Origin: Octopus vulgaris
Lineage: Eukaryota
NCBI GenBank assembly: GCA_951406725.2
Contig: OX597841.1
Span: 496,001-560,000 of the forward strand
Length of the DNA stretch: 64,000 nt
Direction of reading: 5' to 3'
Below, in pieces: positions 12,911 to 28,281 of the stretch (positions are counted from its first letter, which is position 1; every line of letters starts with the position of its first letter). A program made the position numbers and the translations under genes. The notes beneath the pieces were generated by a model. That model saw only the letters and a list, made by a program, of their open reading frames with translations. It searched no databases and had not been told where the DNA came from.

Positions 12911-13564
12911 AAGTAGCTTGTTTACCAGCCACTTGGTTCAGGGTTCAGTCCCACTGTGTGGCACTTTGGACAAGTGTCTTCTACTATAACCTCGAACCGA
13001 CCAGTTTATGTGCTTGTGTTTCTCCCCTAGCATTGCTTGACAACCGATGCTGGTGTGTTTATGTCCCCGCTACTTAGCTGTTCGGCAAAAGAGACCGATA
13101 GAATAAGTACTGGGCTTACAAAAGAATAAGTCCCGGGGTCGAGTTGCTCGATTAAAGGCGGTCCTCCAGCATGGCCGCAGTCAAGTGACTGAAACAAGTA
13201 AAAGAGTAAAGAGTAAAGAGTAAAATAGCTTTTGGCATCCACATGCCAAGTATAATTTAATCTCGACTGATACAGAAAAATAGTTCTCAACAAATCACCT
13301 GTGCTGCAGTATCCAGAAGGCTCGATAGATTTCAATGTTAGCGACGGAAGCTATATTTGCTCCCATTTGAATTCTGTATATGATAATAAATGAAGATATA
13401 ATGTTGAAAGCCTGAAAATGCGTTGTTCGTCTTCAGAACGTTTCGCGCTTCAATGTATAGCGTTGAAATATATGAGAAACAAACGAAAAGTGATTTTAAA
13501 TCTATAAGTCTCTACATAACAAGACAATCTCTACGTCACAAGAAAAGAAAATATATTAACATAC

Positions 13565-13728
13565 TTGTGTCCCTTAATTGAGAATTCAAGTTCGGTGGCT
13601 GAAGCCAGGTCGTTCCATGGTGAACTTTTCAAGTTTTTATGAGAGAACCAGCTTTCAATGGTTGTATTTCGTCCATTAAATATCATAGTTACCACATTTG
13701 TTTGGTTTTTGCTAATCACTAGTTTCAC
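13565..13728 (-). CDS. Gene copy A, coding exon 3
   Basis: ttgcag|GTG AAA...GGA CAC AA|GTATGT; 164 nt, phase 0->2. Encodes VKLVISKNQTNVVTMIFNGRNTTIESWFSHKNLKSSPWNDLASATELEFSIKGH, with N-glycosylation sequons NQT and NTT. Confidence 0.88.
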
Positions 13729-14612
13729 CTGCAAAAGAAATGAACATGTAGACACGTAAAACCGCTAAAGTGACGGGGACATAAACACACCAGCATCGGT
13801 TGTCAAGCAATGCTAGGGGGACAAACACAGACACACAAACACACACATATATATATATATACATATATACGACAGGCTTCTTTCAGTTTCCGTCTACCAA
13901 ATCCACTCACAAGGCATTGGTCGGCACTGGGCTATAGCAGAAGACACTTGCCCAAGATGCCATGCAGTGGGACTGAAACCGGAACCATGTGGCTGGTAAG
14001 TAAGCTACTTACCACACAGCCACTCCTGCGCCACACGTTAGCACTCGCATAATGAAAATAATTGGATCAAGTTAAAGAGATCGAGATACTTTAAAATATA
14101 TTTCTTTAGTTGTTAGTCTAATTTCCACTCATTTTTATTACATCCTTCCTTTGAGACCATCGAGTCTGTATAACCCGCGAAATTAACGATTTTTATTTGT
14201 CACTCACCTAATTGGTATCTTACCATCCATAAATGTATCAAATAATATATATTTAATTACCCTTCGCTTGGAAATTTCCTTTGGTAATGTTATGAAAACA
14301 CAGGATCTCATAGTGTTCCATTCCAAGCTGCATGACGCAATGTGGTAACAATAACAAAATTCTGCTACTAAAACACACCTCCTAATACACAAATAATCCA
14401 TGCGTTTTTAGCCCCATTACACGCACATTGTATGTGTTTTTGCGTCTGTGTATGTGTGTGTGTATTTCACTCACACCACTTGACAAATGGTTTCCTTGTG
14501 TTGATGTCCACCGTAATATAGCGGTTCGTCCAAAGAAATAGATAGAATATATACAAGAGTATTAGTTCTACTAAACCCATGGCCGGAGTCCAATGACTGA
14601 AGCAGGCAACAT

Positions 14613-14690
<78 letters not shown>

Positions 14691-14867
14691 AGAGTTTACG
14701 AAAAAACAAAAGACGAAGACAGGTGGCGTACAAAACAAACAGATGTATTAGTATAACGCTCAGGAATAGAAAAAAGTCATTTATGTTTCGAGCCTACGCT
14801 CTTCTACAGAAAGGGACACAGAAAAAACAAAGAGAGAAGAAAATGTGTGTAGCGGCTAACGATCTAT

Positions 14868-15002
<135 letters not shown>

Positions 15003-15986
15003 GGCTGCTAGATCAATCATTGTCTGCTAAATAGAGTTGATACAATTAATGAAAACTAATGCTTCTACCCACCAAAATGTGTAGCAATCTATCCATGAGA
15101 GAAAATATTGAAACGTTAAGTTTAGTTGTCAGATATATAGGAGAAAAACACACGATATGTCTTCTTCATTTCCTTAACTCCATGTAGAGTACAGGACACC
15201 AGTAACAGATCGCTATAGGCTGGTAAATTTGGCAATGAATTGCAGTTATCCCCAGGTCTTGCCATCAACCATTTCTTCAGTTTCTGTTGAGCTTTTCCAT
15301 GTTTTATTTAATCTGTCACGCTTCTGCCTTCCTTGCGATATTCATCGGATGGCTTGCCTTGTAAAATCAGAAAGAGGTTTCCGTTCGATGTGTCCTAGCT
15401 AACCTCATTCCTTGCTCCTGATCTGAGATCCCGTAGGTTACTGGCTCACATGTTCCCACAAGATTTTGTTTGTTACTCAATTTTGCCACCCCACAAGAAG
15501 AACAAGATTATTCAAATTTGAGATCAAGTCCCACCCAGGTCCCCCAGCTTTACTTTATGCTGGGTTCAATAAAACTTTGACCATTCATGTATCGTAAGTT
15601 GATTTCATCGATTTTGTTTCTCATTTACTGACCACTCCCCCAAAGGGGAGTCTTTTGTCTATGATAATTATTATTATTACTGCGGTTTGTCATGGATAAA
15701 AATTCTTACCACCTTCTACGTGGATCATAGTCCCCCGTCTGTTGCTCGGTGTTCCCGTCTACGCCTATAAGTTTAATTCTAAACCTAATTATAAATAGCT
15801 CTGCCTGAGTATAGTCTTCTTATATATATGGGTGTATGTATATGTACTGCTGTGTGTATATGTGTGCGCATATACCTGAATTTGTTTCTTTTTCATGTAT
15901 ACTTGACCAAAGTCTGTTAATCATTATTACTATCATTATGAAAATAATGGTACTGTATGAACTTGCTCGCACGTATGAATACATAC

Positions 15987-16165
15987 CTCATCAATTGGAA
16001 GATAGTTCCAGAAATCAAGGAGAGGGTGTCGGAAGAAGTTAGGACAAAAGTCATTTCTGCATTCGTCCATATTCCAGGATGAAGGATGTCCTATATTCAG
16101 AAATGAATTATAAACTTTTGAACCAGCTCCCTTTGACATGGTATAGGTTTTAATCCATTGGCTAT
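15987..16165 (-). CDS. Gene copy A, coding exon 2
   Basis: tttcag|AT AGC CAA TGG...GAT GAG|GTATGT; 179 nt, phase 1->0. Encodes (Y)SQWIKTYTMSKGAGSKVYNSFLNIGHPSSWNMDECRNDFCPNFFRHPLLDFWNYLPIDE, in frame with exon 1. Confidence 0.88.
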
Positions 16166-16172
16166 CTGAAAT

Positions 16173-16227
<55 letters not shown>

Positions 16228-16675
16228 TTAATAATAATAATTCTTTTATTCTTTTATTTGTTGTAGTCATTTTACTGTGGCTGTGCTGGAGCAACACATT
16301 TTGTCGAGCAAATCAACCCCAAGACGTATTCTTTGTAAGCCTAGTACTTATTCTATCGGTCTTTCTTGCGCATTGAAGTTGGGGGGACAAATACAGACAC
16401 ACAAACATTATACATATCCATCCATCCATACATACATACATACATACATACATACATACATACGTACACACACAAACACACACATACACACACACACACA
16501 CATATATATATGACTGGCTTCTGTCACTTTCCGTCTACCAAATCCACTCCCAAGGCTTTGGTCGGCTCGAGGTTATAGTAGAAAACACCTGCCCAAGTTG
16601 CCACGCTATGGGGACGGCATCAAGAACTATGTGCTTGGTAAGCAAGCTACTTACCACACATCTAATGATAATAAT

Positions 16676-16731
<56 letters not shown>

Positions 16732-16732
16732 C

Positions 16733-16764
<32 letters not shown>

Positions 16765-17233
16765 TGGACTACAGCAAAGATTCTGCTCAATACCACAGAT
16801 TTGCTTGTCAGTTGTTTGACCGTAACCAGTTGAGCATGTCCCGTAGTGGCTGACGATATGTGCATCTCTGATCACGTGTAGAAGTAGTGGGGGAGCATCA
16901 TAGCCATGTGTTGAGAGGGGTCTTTGGGGTTTGAACAATTCACCTCTGTTTCATTCAACATCCTTAAACAACCCTTAATCAGGGACCTTTTGAGTGGGAT
17001 GGGTTACCCAACCAGAAGAAAATTCTAACTGGGCCCCTCTTGCAAGGTCATGCACTGTTTATCTTGATATGAGATTCCCATGTTGCGAACAATTGGTTGT
17101 GATGCATATGCCTAGTGTACCCTCATCAGACGGTTAGTCATGATGGGTATACTGAACTTCGTATATTTGTACCCAAGTGTCACTTTGATGGCATGCACTG
17201 CTCTCTCACTCAATAGTAATAATAATAATAATA

Positions 17234-17320
<87 letters not shown>

Positions 17321-17527
17321 TAATAAGGTTTAAAACAAACTTTTTTATTATTATTTTTATTTTTTTTATTTTTTAATTTTTATGTATTAGACATCACTAG
17401 TACAACACAAAAAAAAAAAAAACCCCCCCCAAATATATGGCACAGAACATCCAACCTGTTGTCTCTTGAGGTCTCTGGGTGAGACTTGAAACCAACTTGT
17501 ACAGAGATAAAGCAAAAGTCAAACATA

Positions 17528-17600
<73 letters not shown>

Positions 17601-17601
<1 letters not shown>

Positions 17602-18155
17602 GCCCTGATGCAGTACCAGGCAGTGGCTCTCATGGCTTCTGATCTTAATTGATTCGAAGTGTCATCACGTACATTGTTTTGTCTTGGTATAAAAGATGGG
17701 CTACAGCAAATATTCTGCTCAGTACCACAGATTTGCTTGTCAGTTGTTTGACCGTAACCAGTTGAGCATGTCCCTTAGTAGCTAACGATATGTGCAACAC
17801 TGATCACGAGCTGAAGTAGTGGGGGAGCATCATAGCCATGTGTTGAGAGGGATTCTTTGGGGTTTGAATAATTCACCTCTGGACACATGGGTGGTTCTTT
17901 CAGCATCCTTAAACAACCCTTATTCAGGGACCTTTGAGCGGGATGGGCTACTCAACCTGAAGAAAATTCTAACTGGGCCCCACCTGCAAGGTCATGTGCT
18001 GTTTATTTTGATATGAGATCACCATGTCGCACACATATAGTTGTGATGCATGTGCCTGATGTACCCTTATCAGACGGGTAGTCATGATGGGTATACTGGG
18101 CTTCGTATATTTGTACCCCAGTGTCACTTTGATGGCATGCACTGCTCTCTCACTC
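17601..18155 (+). mobile_element. About 555-bp non-coding element inserted in (AAT)n; other copies at 16763-17211 (+, truncated), 37788-38343, 40946-41501 and 41602-42063 (-)
   Basis: Five similar copies TGCCCTGATGCAGTACC...GCTCTCTCACTC, each bounded on both sides by AAT repeats. Confidence 0.8.
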
Positions 18156-18156
18156 A

Positions 18157-18242
<86 letters not shown>

Positions 18243-19949
18243 TATAATAATAATAATGATAATAATGATAATAATGATTTCATGTATTTGCCACCACGTC
18301 GAAGAATAAGGGGGACAAAACACTGAAAACCTTAAATTGTTGAGGTTTACATATAATGAAAAGCTAATAAAGGAAAGAAAATCATCAACAGACTCCATAA
18401 CATTCATCTTAAGTCTTTTTCCTGGCCTGGGTATCACATGTGATACACAAGACATATTTCGTCTGTTTCCATGCATCATCTGCTATACAAGTTCTCATCT
18501 TGGGCTTTTGGGAAAGAAACATTTATATGATTCAGAGATTAACATAAAGAAGGTCTAAATTAAACTGTGCACGTTTAGGGCAAACATATAAACAGGCTTT
18601 CGACAGGCAAAGTGTTAGATACTATTTTTGGAAAATTAGGGCAGATCCGTGATTTAATGCCAATGGGATACAAGCTAGAAGTTGTTCAACCCCAGTTGGG
18701 TGAACTGGATTAGGATGTGTGATGCTGACGGCTCTACACGCATACAAACCCCAGAGACCTAAGAAAAATATCTGGTGCTTTCTCTAAGAATATATATCTT
18801 GGGATTTTCTAATTTAGACAATGCCTGAAATATGAGGGTGTGGGTTATAAGTTGTTATGGAGCCGAGAATTTCACTGATATTTTATTTTATCGATCAGGG
18901 TAAGATGACAGGTAAAGTTGACCTCAGCGTGATCTAGTCTGAGAAACATACAGGATTAATAAAGCAAATAATATTTTAACGAGTATGCCAATCCACCTTG
19001 CTCCCCACCTGCGCACGTGTGAAAACCCATCGTGTGTGTGTGTGTTGGGGAAGAGTCCCGTAAATCTATGATAAATTTCAGCTCCCAATTGAGCTCAGTT
19101 TACACTGTTTCCCTTAATATACCCATGTGTATTCCTAACTGAAATGGTCCTGCTACTCTGTTTCAACAAATTCAGTCTGAACCCTACTTTCGGAATGCAA
19201 GCAGAATTTTTGAAATCAAAATTTATACCCCAAATTGTAGGTCGACTTATACACCAAGACGACTTTGGAACCAAAAGGAAATTTCTATGTGAAATGCTTT
19301 AAGATTCCGGAAGATAGAGACGATGTTTAAATGCTTACACTACATGCTTATGACATTCACTTTGTCGGATTCTATGCTGTAAAATACGTTACTGCTTTGC
19401 TTTTTTCTTTCTCTTTGTGTTAAATGTTGCTTCGAGTGTATCTGCAACGGATATCGTAGATTACGATTCTTCAAATTATATCCTTCTTCACAAACACGTA
19501 TTTATCTCTCATTATGTCCCCCCCTCTTCTCCTCCATTGTCCAATCCCCTTTCACATGTTCATCTTTTCAGTACCCTCTCACCTCCATCAGTCCACTTTA
19601 ACATTCCACTTACATTCACCTTCCGATAGCCCGCGGGTGTTCCCAGCAAAGTTTCAACATCTTTTCGTCGTCTGTCTGTCTTTTTGTCTCTCCCTCTTTC
19701 TCATTCTTTCATTATATCTCTCTCTCTCTCTCTCTGTCAATCACTCTCTCCCCCCCCCCTCTCTCTGTATGTATGTATATATATATATATATATATAAAC
19801 GAAAGAAATGGAGTAATAACTGTTAGAAATGCATCATGTGTGTTTTAAAATCCTTTAATAACGATGAGAATATGCTTAGAGGAACTACCACCAACCGCGT
19901 AAAACGAAAAAAAACACCACGACATTAACAATAAGGAAGCTCTACTTAC

Positions 19950-20247
19950 ATCTATAGAAGGCAATCTCGTTGCTGTCACTCGTGCTGACGACTGTCATTA
20001 TATCTTTCGGTGAGTAATTCTTACAAACACGGCTGACATCGTTGTAAGTAAAGAATTCTGATTGGCTGTTTAGAGCATAGAAGGCACATTCCGGTAGACT
20101 TTCTCTCTTATAGAATTTTTCCGATGGATTCGTCTGAAGGTATCCATAAGAGTAACCAGGAGGCAAACGTTTGTAGTAAGCATCATGAAATTCCTGAGCA
20201 AAGGCAACCGCCAGAATTATTGTCAATGTTAACAGCTGCACTGACAT
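19950..20247 (-). CDS. Gene copy A, coding exon 1: signal peptide + PAN/apple-like Cys domain of a secreted protein (282 aa total)
   Basis: MSVQLLTLTIILAVAFA|QEFHDAYY...ECAFYALNSQSEFFTYNDVSRVCKNY...FYR. Hydrophobic signal-like N-terminus. Acceptor ctctttcag| opens the exon at 20330 (5'UTR part); phase-1 donor T|GTAAGT follows 19950. An in-frame upstream ATG is at 20280. The paralog at 35559-35856 keeps frame and splice sites. Confidence 0.9.
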
Positions 20248-20922
20248 TGCAGCTGGACAAGTAAAAGGGAACTGGGACATTCTTGGCCCTAATATCAATG
20301 GGAAATGTTTAAGAGTAAGGCGGAGTAATCCTGAAAGAGAAGAGGAAGATAATTTGAGAAGATGGAAAATGTTTGCGTGTAAGAGGAAACGCTAAATGAA
20401 TAAATTACAATTTAGAAGAGAAAAAATAAAATAAATTAAGGTGATTCCTAAAGGCATAGGTCCTGGGTATGATTTTAAACTGCATCCAGCAGTGATCCCT
20501 GGTTGGGGATTTCTAGTGTTTTGACGAATTTTGGAACCAGCTCTTAGCCACCGCTGTCCCAAGATCAAGTCTGACCCGGAGTAGTAGTGGTCGTCAAGGT
20601 TCTAATTATGGATTAATTAGTAATTCCTTCGACCGGATGGAACTCATCATCCAGGTGGTAGTGAGACAACCCTTCTAGAAGACGGAAAACGCTGATTCCA
20701 AACCCACGATAACTTGCAACAATATTCAATCATGGGAAAGTGTTCGGGTGAAAATACTCGGGTAAAATTGAGAATCAGAGACAAAGGGGCAGTTCGATGC
20801 TGTCTTCAACCTCACCCCTGCAAATCCTGTGTCGATGCTGTTAACAAATTGTAGGGTTCCTTTCTGTTCGTTTAGACCTGTTAATGAGATTGAGATGATG
20901 GACACACTACATGGGCAACAAC

Positions 20923-21154
20923 CTATTTCTTTATTACCCATAAGGGGCTAAACACAGGGAGGACAAACAAGAACAGACAAACGGATTAAGTCGATTATAT
21001 CGATCACAGTGCGTAACTGGTACGTATTTAATCGACCCCGAAAGGATGAAAGGCTAAGTCGACCTCGGCGGAATTTGAACTCAGAACGTAACGGCTGACG
21101 AAATACGGCTACGCATTTCGCCCGGCGTGCTAACGATTCTGCCAGCTCGACGCC
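20923..21154 (-). mobile_element. tRNA-derived SINE with Nin/Deu-like central domain (other copies 12-429, 7270-8198 split by the MITE, 34635-34868, 49005-49235, 55560-55977)
   Basis: A box TGGCAGAATCGTTAG, B box GAGTTCAAATTCC, core CCTTTCATCCTTTCGGGGTCGA. This copy has a TSD of about 16 bp (CTACATGGGCAACAAC). Confidence 0.8.
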
Positions 21155-21424
21155 CTACATGGGCAACAACCTGTCCTCCGTACCACACTGCTCTGGTTGG
21201 GGTCATATCGAATACATTATACTAGAAATATAGAACCGGATATCACACCGGTGATGAACATAACAATTCAATCAACACAGCCTGAAAATGCAGATACGTG
21301 GCAGAGACTGCCATTTGCACAGAGTACTGTTCAGAGACAGACAACGATGGTCTGATAGAGCAGGAAGTTACGGGCATCATACATGGACATTAACGAGGAA
21401 CTGAGATGCAGGCTTTGCCTTTCG

Positions 21425-21489
<65 letters not shown>

Positions 21490-21660
21490 TAATCAATTTA
21501 GGGTAGCAAAAAATTCAATAGAAATTATTTTGCCACAATCGGTCTAGTGAGAAAGAGGAAATAGTCAGAGACTATGAATAAATTCAACAACAATTGAGGA
21601 ACGGCTACGATAGGCCGTTCGACCCAAGAGGCCTGTTGTAGCCGTTCCTCAATTGTTGTT

Positions 21661-21726
<66 letters not shown>

Positions 21727-21918
21727 GTATATATATATCTATGTATATATATTTATATATATATATATATATTTATATGTATATATATATATATGTTTAT
21801 ATATATATGTATGTATGTATATATGTTTCCTATGCATGTATACACGTACGCATGTGCGCGCGCACAAACACACATTCAGACATACATGAGAATTTATAAC
21901 TCCGTCAATCTCTATCCA

Positions 21919-21958
<40 letters not shown>

Positions 21959-21961
21959 CCG

Positions 21962-22009
<48 letters not shown>

Positions 22010-22695
22010 TTACATATATACACTCAATTTTCTAGTGTGTGTATTGAGTGTGGATATGACTTGAAACTTCACCTGTTGGAGGGAGACCATATACAAAGTT
22101 TCCGGAGCTTTGATGAAATTCCAATCAACTTTCGGTGACTATTGATACCATATCTACTGTAACTCGTAATAGTAGCACATGTTACGGTCCTAATTATAGG
22201 TTAATTTCCATCTTAGCAACAGGGGAGCGAAGGACACCCTAGTTCCAGTAGCAACTTCCTTCTAGTTTAATGTAAAATCATTTAGAAAAAAGAACTCTCA
22301 AGTTCTCTCTGTGTCTAGTTGTCTCCATCTCTGTTGTGCCACTGGTGTTATAGCTAAGGGTTCAATGCTGTGCCACACTTTAAACACCCAGAACAAATCA
22401 ATGCACAGGGATTTCTGTCTTTTTCGGAACGTTTTCACACCATACGGAGATCAAGAAATGATCTTACTCGGTCTCCACTTGACTTCCAAAACGCATATAT
22501 ATAGAGTATACTATAATATCTCTATCACTTTATCCGATCCACGCAGTACAGATACATAAATGAACATGATAACACAGAAGTAATATCAATCAACTGATCT
22601 ATCCACAGTCGCATAACTGGGATCTAAACCGTCTTCAAAGCAGAGGAGCAGCATTGAGTTTCCAACATAGCGGAACATAACGAAACAGAACTTAC

Positions 22696-22945
22696 CTTTG
22701 TTACTGATTACACTAACAACTGTGTTTGAAAACGTTAACCACTGTCCACTGTTGTCGGTACTATCAACTGATGCCACTGAACTACCAAGAAAAGTCCCCA
22801 AATGTTTGAATTGTTCAATAAGGATTTCAACTATTACTTAATCTTCACAGATGTCTCCACCGTCCACTACAGTCGTTACTGCTCTCTTGCTTCGAGTCTG
22901 ATGCGCAAGACTTCTCCGTCGAAGTGAAACTACATTCGATTTATA
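22696..22945 (-). promoter_or_regulatory. Putative TATA promoter and non-coding first exon of copy A
   Basis: TATAAAT on minus at 22945-22939 and a strong donor AAAG|GTAAGT after 22696. Coding exon 1 starts with an acceptor, so an upstream exon is needed. Both motifs are conserved in three copies. Confidence 0.5.
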
Positions 22946-23813
22946 ACAAGCCAATGTTTACAGAATGACTTCTCTGAACAGACTTGAAACACATTTCTTT
23001 TGTCATCGGAATCTTTAGAAGGCGTAGGTGTTGTTATTTTGTTGTTGTTGGTGGTGGCCTTGGTGGTGGTCGTTGGTTGTAGTAGTAGTTGCAGTAGAGT
23101 TAGTAGTAGTGATTATTGCTTTCAGGTGGAGCTTTTAATGGGGCGTTGATATGGATGTTGCATTGTGTTGGTGATGATGATTGTGGTGATGTTTTAAGGA
23201 TATCATTACAGCAGTGTTGATATTTATGGTGTTAATTTTGCAAAAATGGTATGGGTGGTGGTAAGTGGATACAGTGGTTTATACTAATGTGGTGGCGTGA
23301 TAGTGGTGGTAGCCTGTTGGTAGTGGTGTTAGTAGTGTTATTGGTGATGCGATGTTGTAGGATGGTAGATGTAGTGCTGGTGATAGTGGTGGTGGTAGTT
23401 CTGTCAATGTTACAGTTATTGTTGTGGTTGTTTTTATGGTAGTGGCTCTGGTGGTGAAAGATATTAATGATGATATCGAAGTTGAGTTTGTATTTGTGCC
23501 ATATTTTAGCTGTATTTTACGATTCTTCAAATTATATCCTCCTTCACAAACACGTAATTATCTCTCATTATGTTCCCCCCTCTTCTCCTCCATTGTCCAA
23601 TCCCCTTTCACATGTTCATCTTCTCAGTACCCTCTCACCTCCACCAGTCCACTTTACCACTCCACTTACATTCACCTTCCGATAGCCTGCGGGTGTTCCA
23701 AGCAAAATTTCAACATCTTTTCGTTCTCTGTCTGTCTTTTTGTCTCTCCCTCTTTCTCATTCTCTCATTATATCTCTCTCTGTCAATCACACCTTCTCTC
23801 CCCCCTCTCTCTC

Positions 23814-23889
<76 letters not shown>

Positions 23890-26440
23890 TGAGTGTATTT
23901 TTACCTTGTTAACAATTAACACGGAAAAAATAAAGAAATAGTTACCAGGGTAGTTACCAGAGTTTAACGCAGGTGTAAATCAAATATTTTTACTTTCGAC
24001 ACATGTTTCGAAAATTCCACTGATACTATTCAAAAGAATAAATGGTATAAACAATGCAATCTTCTCCTCAGGAAAGTGAAAAAAGCGAAACTCGTCAATA
24101 AGATATTTTAGCAAAAAAATGATGGGTTTGTATAGCGATTGACAGAACGCTATTAATATTGTTTAAAAAAACGTTATATGATATAACGTCATAGGTAGCT
24201 AACAGAAAGAGTAGGGATACCAATAGTGAATGTTAAATATAAATGTTTATACCATTTATACACATATATATATATAAACGATAAGAAATGGAGCAATAGC
24301 TGTTAGCGGTACATCATGTGTGTTTTAAAATCATTTAATTACGATGAGAATCTACTTACAGCTGTTTCAATGTATCAAGCTGGGGTAAATGTACAGTTAT
24401 CTCGTTGCAATTGACAGACATCATCAGAACGATTATATGGCAAAGATAAATAGAAGGCAGTAGGAAGAAGGTATAAGGAAAGGAAAGGAAAACTGATATA
24501 TGGAATTATGGACCTCACTGAAATTGATGACTATTGAATCAACTAACATTTTACATCTTTTTTTCCTTGATCTACTTCTAACTGTTATTATTGTTCCCTT
24601 TCTTTTCGTTTATATATATATATATATAAACCACGGTTTTACCTTTTAAATTACCTACTACCGTATACCTTATAACAAGGGTCATACATACTGAGGTATT
24701 ACCAGGAGCGCCTTTGGATACATCTATCCTCTGTTTTACTCTTTTACTGGTTTCAGTCATTTGACTGCGGCCATGCTGGAGTACCGACTTTAGTCGAGCA
24801 AATCGACCCCGGGACTTATTCTTTGAAAGTGACGGGGACGTAAACACACCAGCATCGGTTGTCAAACAATGCTAGGGGGACAAACACAGAGGCTATAGCA
24901 AAAGACACTTGCCCAAGATGCCACGCAGTGGGACTGAACCCAGGACCATGTGGTTGGTTAGCAAGCTACTTACCACACAGCCACTACTGCGCCTATCCTG
25001 TAGATGGTTATATTACCTCTAACTTCTATCTTACACAACATATTATGTGTGTGTGTGGGGGGGGTGTATACATACATTTCTCTCTATCTCTTTCTCTCTC
25101 TACTCCTTGCAGATTTTTGGTGCTTTCTTCCCCCATCGAAATGCAAAAATTCAAAAACCTTTAAAGTTAAGTTACATGATGTAAGTATTATGCTTAATCT
25201 TTCTCTAATCAATATCGATTATAGAGTTATTATTTTTATATTCTCCGGACAACAATCGTATTGTTTAAAAGTGAAACCTGTCTTTTCCAGTTCATTAACA
25301 CAAAACATACAATGGTACAAAGAAAAGGAAAGAGGAACGCTTAAACTTGTATTGTTATAATAAAATCAATTGTTTATTTTGCAAGTTTGTTGTCTGAAGC
25401 TCTGGGATGTTGTTTGCATAATACAAACAGTTTAACTTCACAATTTGCTTCGGTTATAAAATTCATTTCTTTTTCATTTGATTTTGTCGTCATGTCTATT
25501 CTTGCTTTGTTTCTATTTATTTTACAATGTTGTATCCAACACACGTTTTTACAGTTAAAATCAAAATATTTAGCCCTAGGATGTAATATCCTAAGCGATT
25601 TATTTCATCCATATTTCATGTTATTATACATATTTCCCTTAAAATTCATACTCTACCTGTCACCTGAAACATGGAGGCCTCTGTCCATTGTAATTTTAGG
25701 AAAGGCTATCTTTCTCCATCAGATTATCGGAGATGTCTTTAATTGCCAATCATTTTTCTTGCTTTCGCACCAGTCAAGTTAATATATTAGTGTGTAGTTG
25801 AGATTATTATGAACTATCACTTATTTCCAGGGGGTGCTTACTGATATTTACTACAGTAATTTATTTAATTCAACCCCGTTTAATATTAATTTACTTCATC
25901 TATAATATCCCATCAGATTCCCATCTGTGATACTTGTTTCATAAAACATTCGTACCGTCTATTAAATATTCTGTATATGAGGGAGACCCTATATTATTTA
26001 TTTGTTGTATCACAGATCATTTTATCTTCTGACGTCATAGCTATTGCTATGAAATCTATCTCCTTTTAGGGATATCATACTCCAAGCCATAGGTACAGAT
26101 CGTGGGATTTCGAGACCCTTCACTCTTACTTCATTCCAAACTTAAATATGCCCAGATATTGCATTATAACTTGTACAGTATACGTTTATATCTTATACAT
26201 TACGTGACATGTACTTATGTCAATAGCAGATCTTCTGTGTTATTCAGCTTTTGACTGGTGATGTTGTTTAGTGTCAAGTGATCCTTGGTACCGAAGACCA
26301 CTAATAAAAGACATACCAAATGTGACTACCACATTCATATTCAGGTTAATATATCTAGGGTTACAACACACTTAACGTTTCCCCATTCAACTATTTCAAG
26401 ATACCCTGTTCATGTATATGCATGCACATTTATATCATGT

Positions 26441-27413
<973 letters not shown>

Positions 27414-28281
27414 ATGTGTTTGTTTGTGTATATGTGTGTGTATGTTAGTGTGTATGCTTTTGTGTGCGTGTGTGTGTGATTGCGCGTGCTTGCCCGTACG
27501 GGCGTGTGTGTGTGTATGTATGTTACCGTGCGTGTATATATGTATATGTAAATAAACCTGCATTTGTTTTGTTGACTATAATTCTTCGTATGATTTATTT
27601 CTCCTCGTCTTTCAACAGCAGCCCTACCAATAACTACTACTGCTGCTGCTACTACTACTACTACTACTACTATTACTACTACTGCTACTACTACTACTAA
27701 CCTACCATCACTACCAACCACCACCTATACAGCTAAAATATGGCACAAATACAAAATCAACCCTCGTTATCATCATTAATATCTTTCACCATGACCACAA
27801 CCACAACAATAACTGTAACATTGACAGAACTACCACTAACACTATGACCAGCACTACAGCTACCATCCTACAACATCGCATCACCAATAACACTACTAAC
27901 ACCACTACCAACAGGCTAGCACCACTATCACGCCACCACATTAGTATAAACCACTGTATCCTCTTATACCACCCATACCATTTTTGCAAAATTAACACCA
28001 CAAATATTAACACTGCTGTAATGATATCCTTAAAACATCACCATAATCATCATCACCAACACAATGCAACATCCCTATCAACGCCCCATTAAAAGCTCCA
28101 CCCGAAAGTAACAATCACTACTACTAACTCTACTGCAACTACTACTACAACCAACGACCATCACCAAGGCCACCACCAACAACAACAAAATAACAACACC
28201 TACGCCTTCTAAAGATTCCGATGACAAAAGAAATGTGTTTCAAGTCTGTTCAGAGAAGTCATTCTGTAAACATTGGCTTGT

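Noticed and set aside
19942-20298. 118-aa single-exon secreted peptide ending ...FYRCK*
   Set aside because: The terminal CK* is read-through into a GTAAGT donor, and four downstream exons join in phase. An intron-retained short isoform cannot be excluded.
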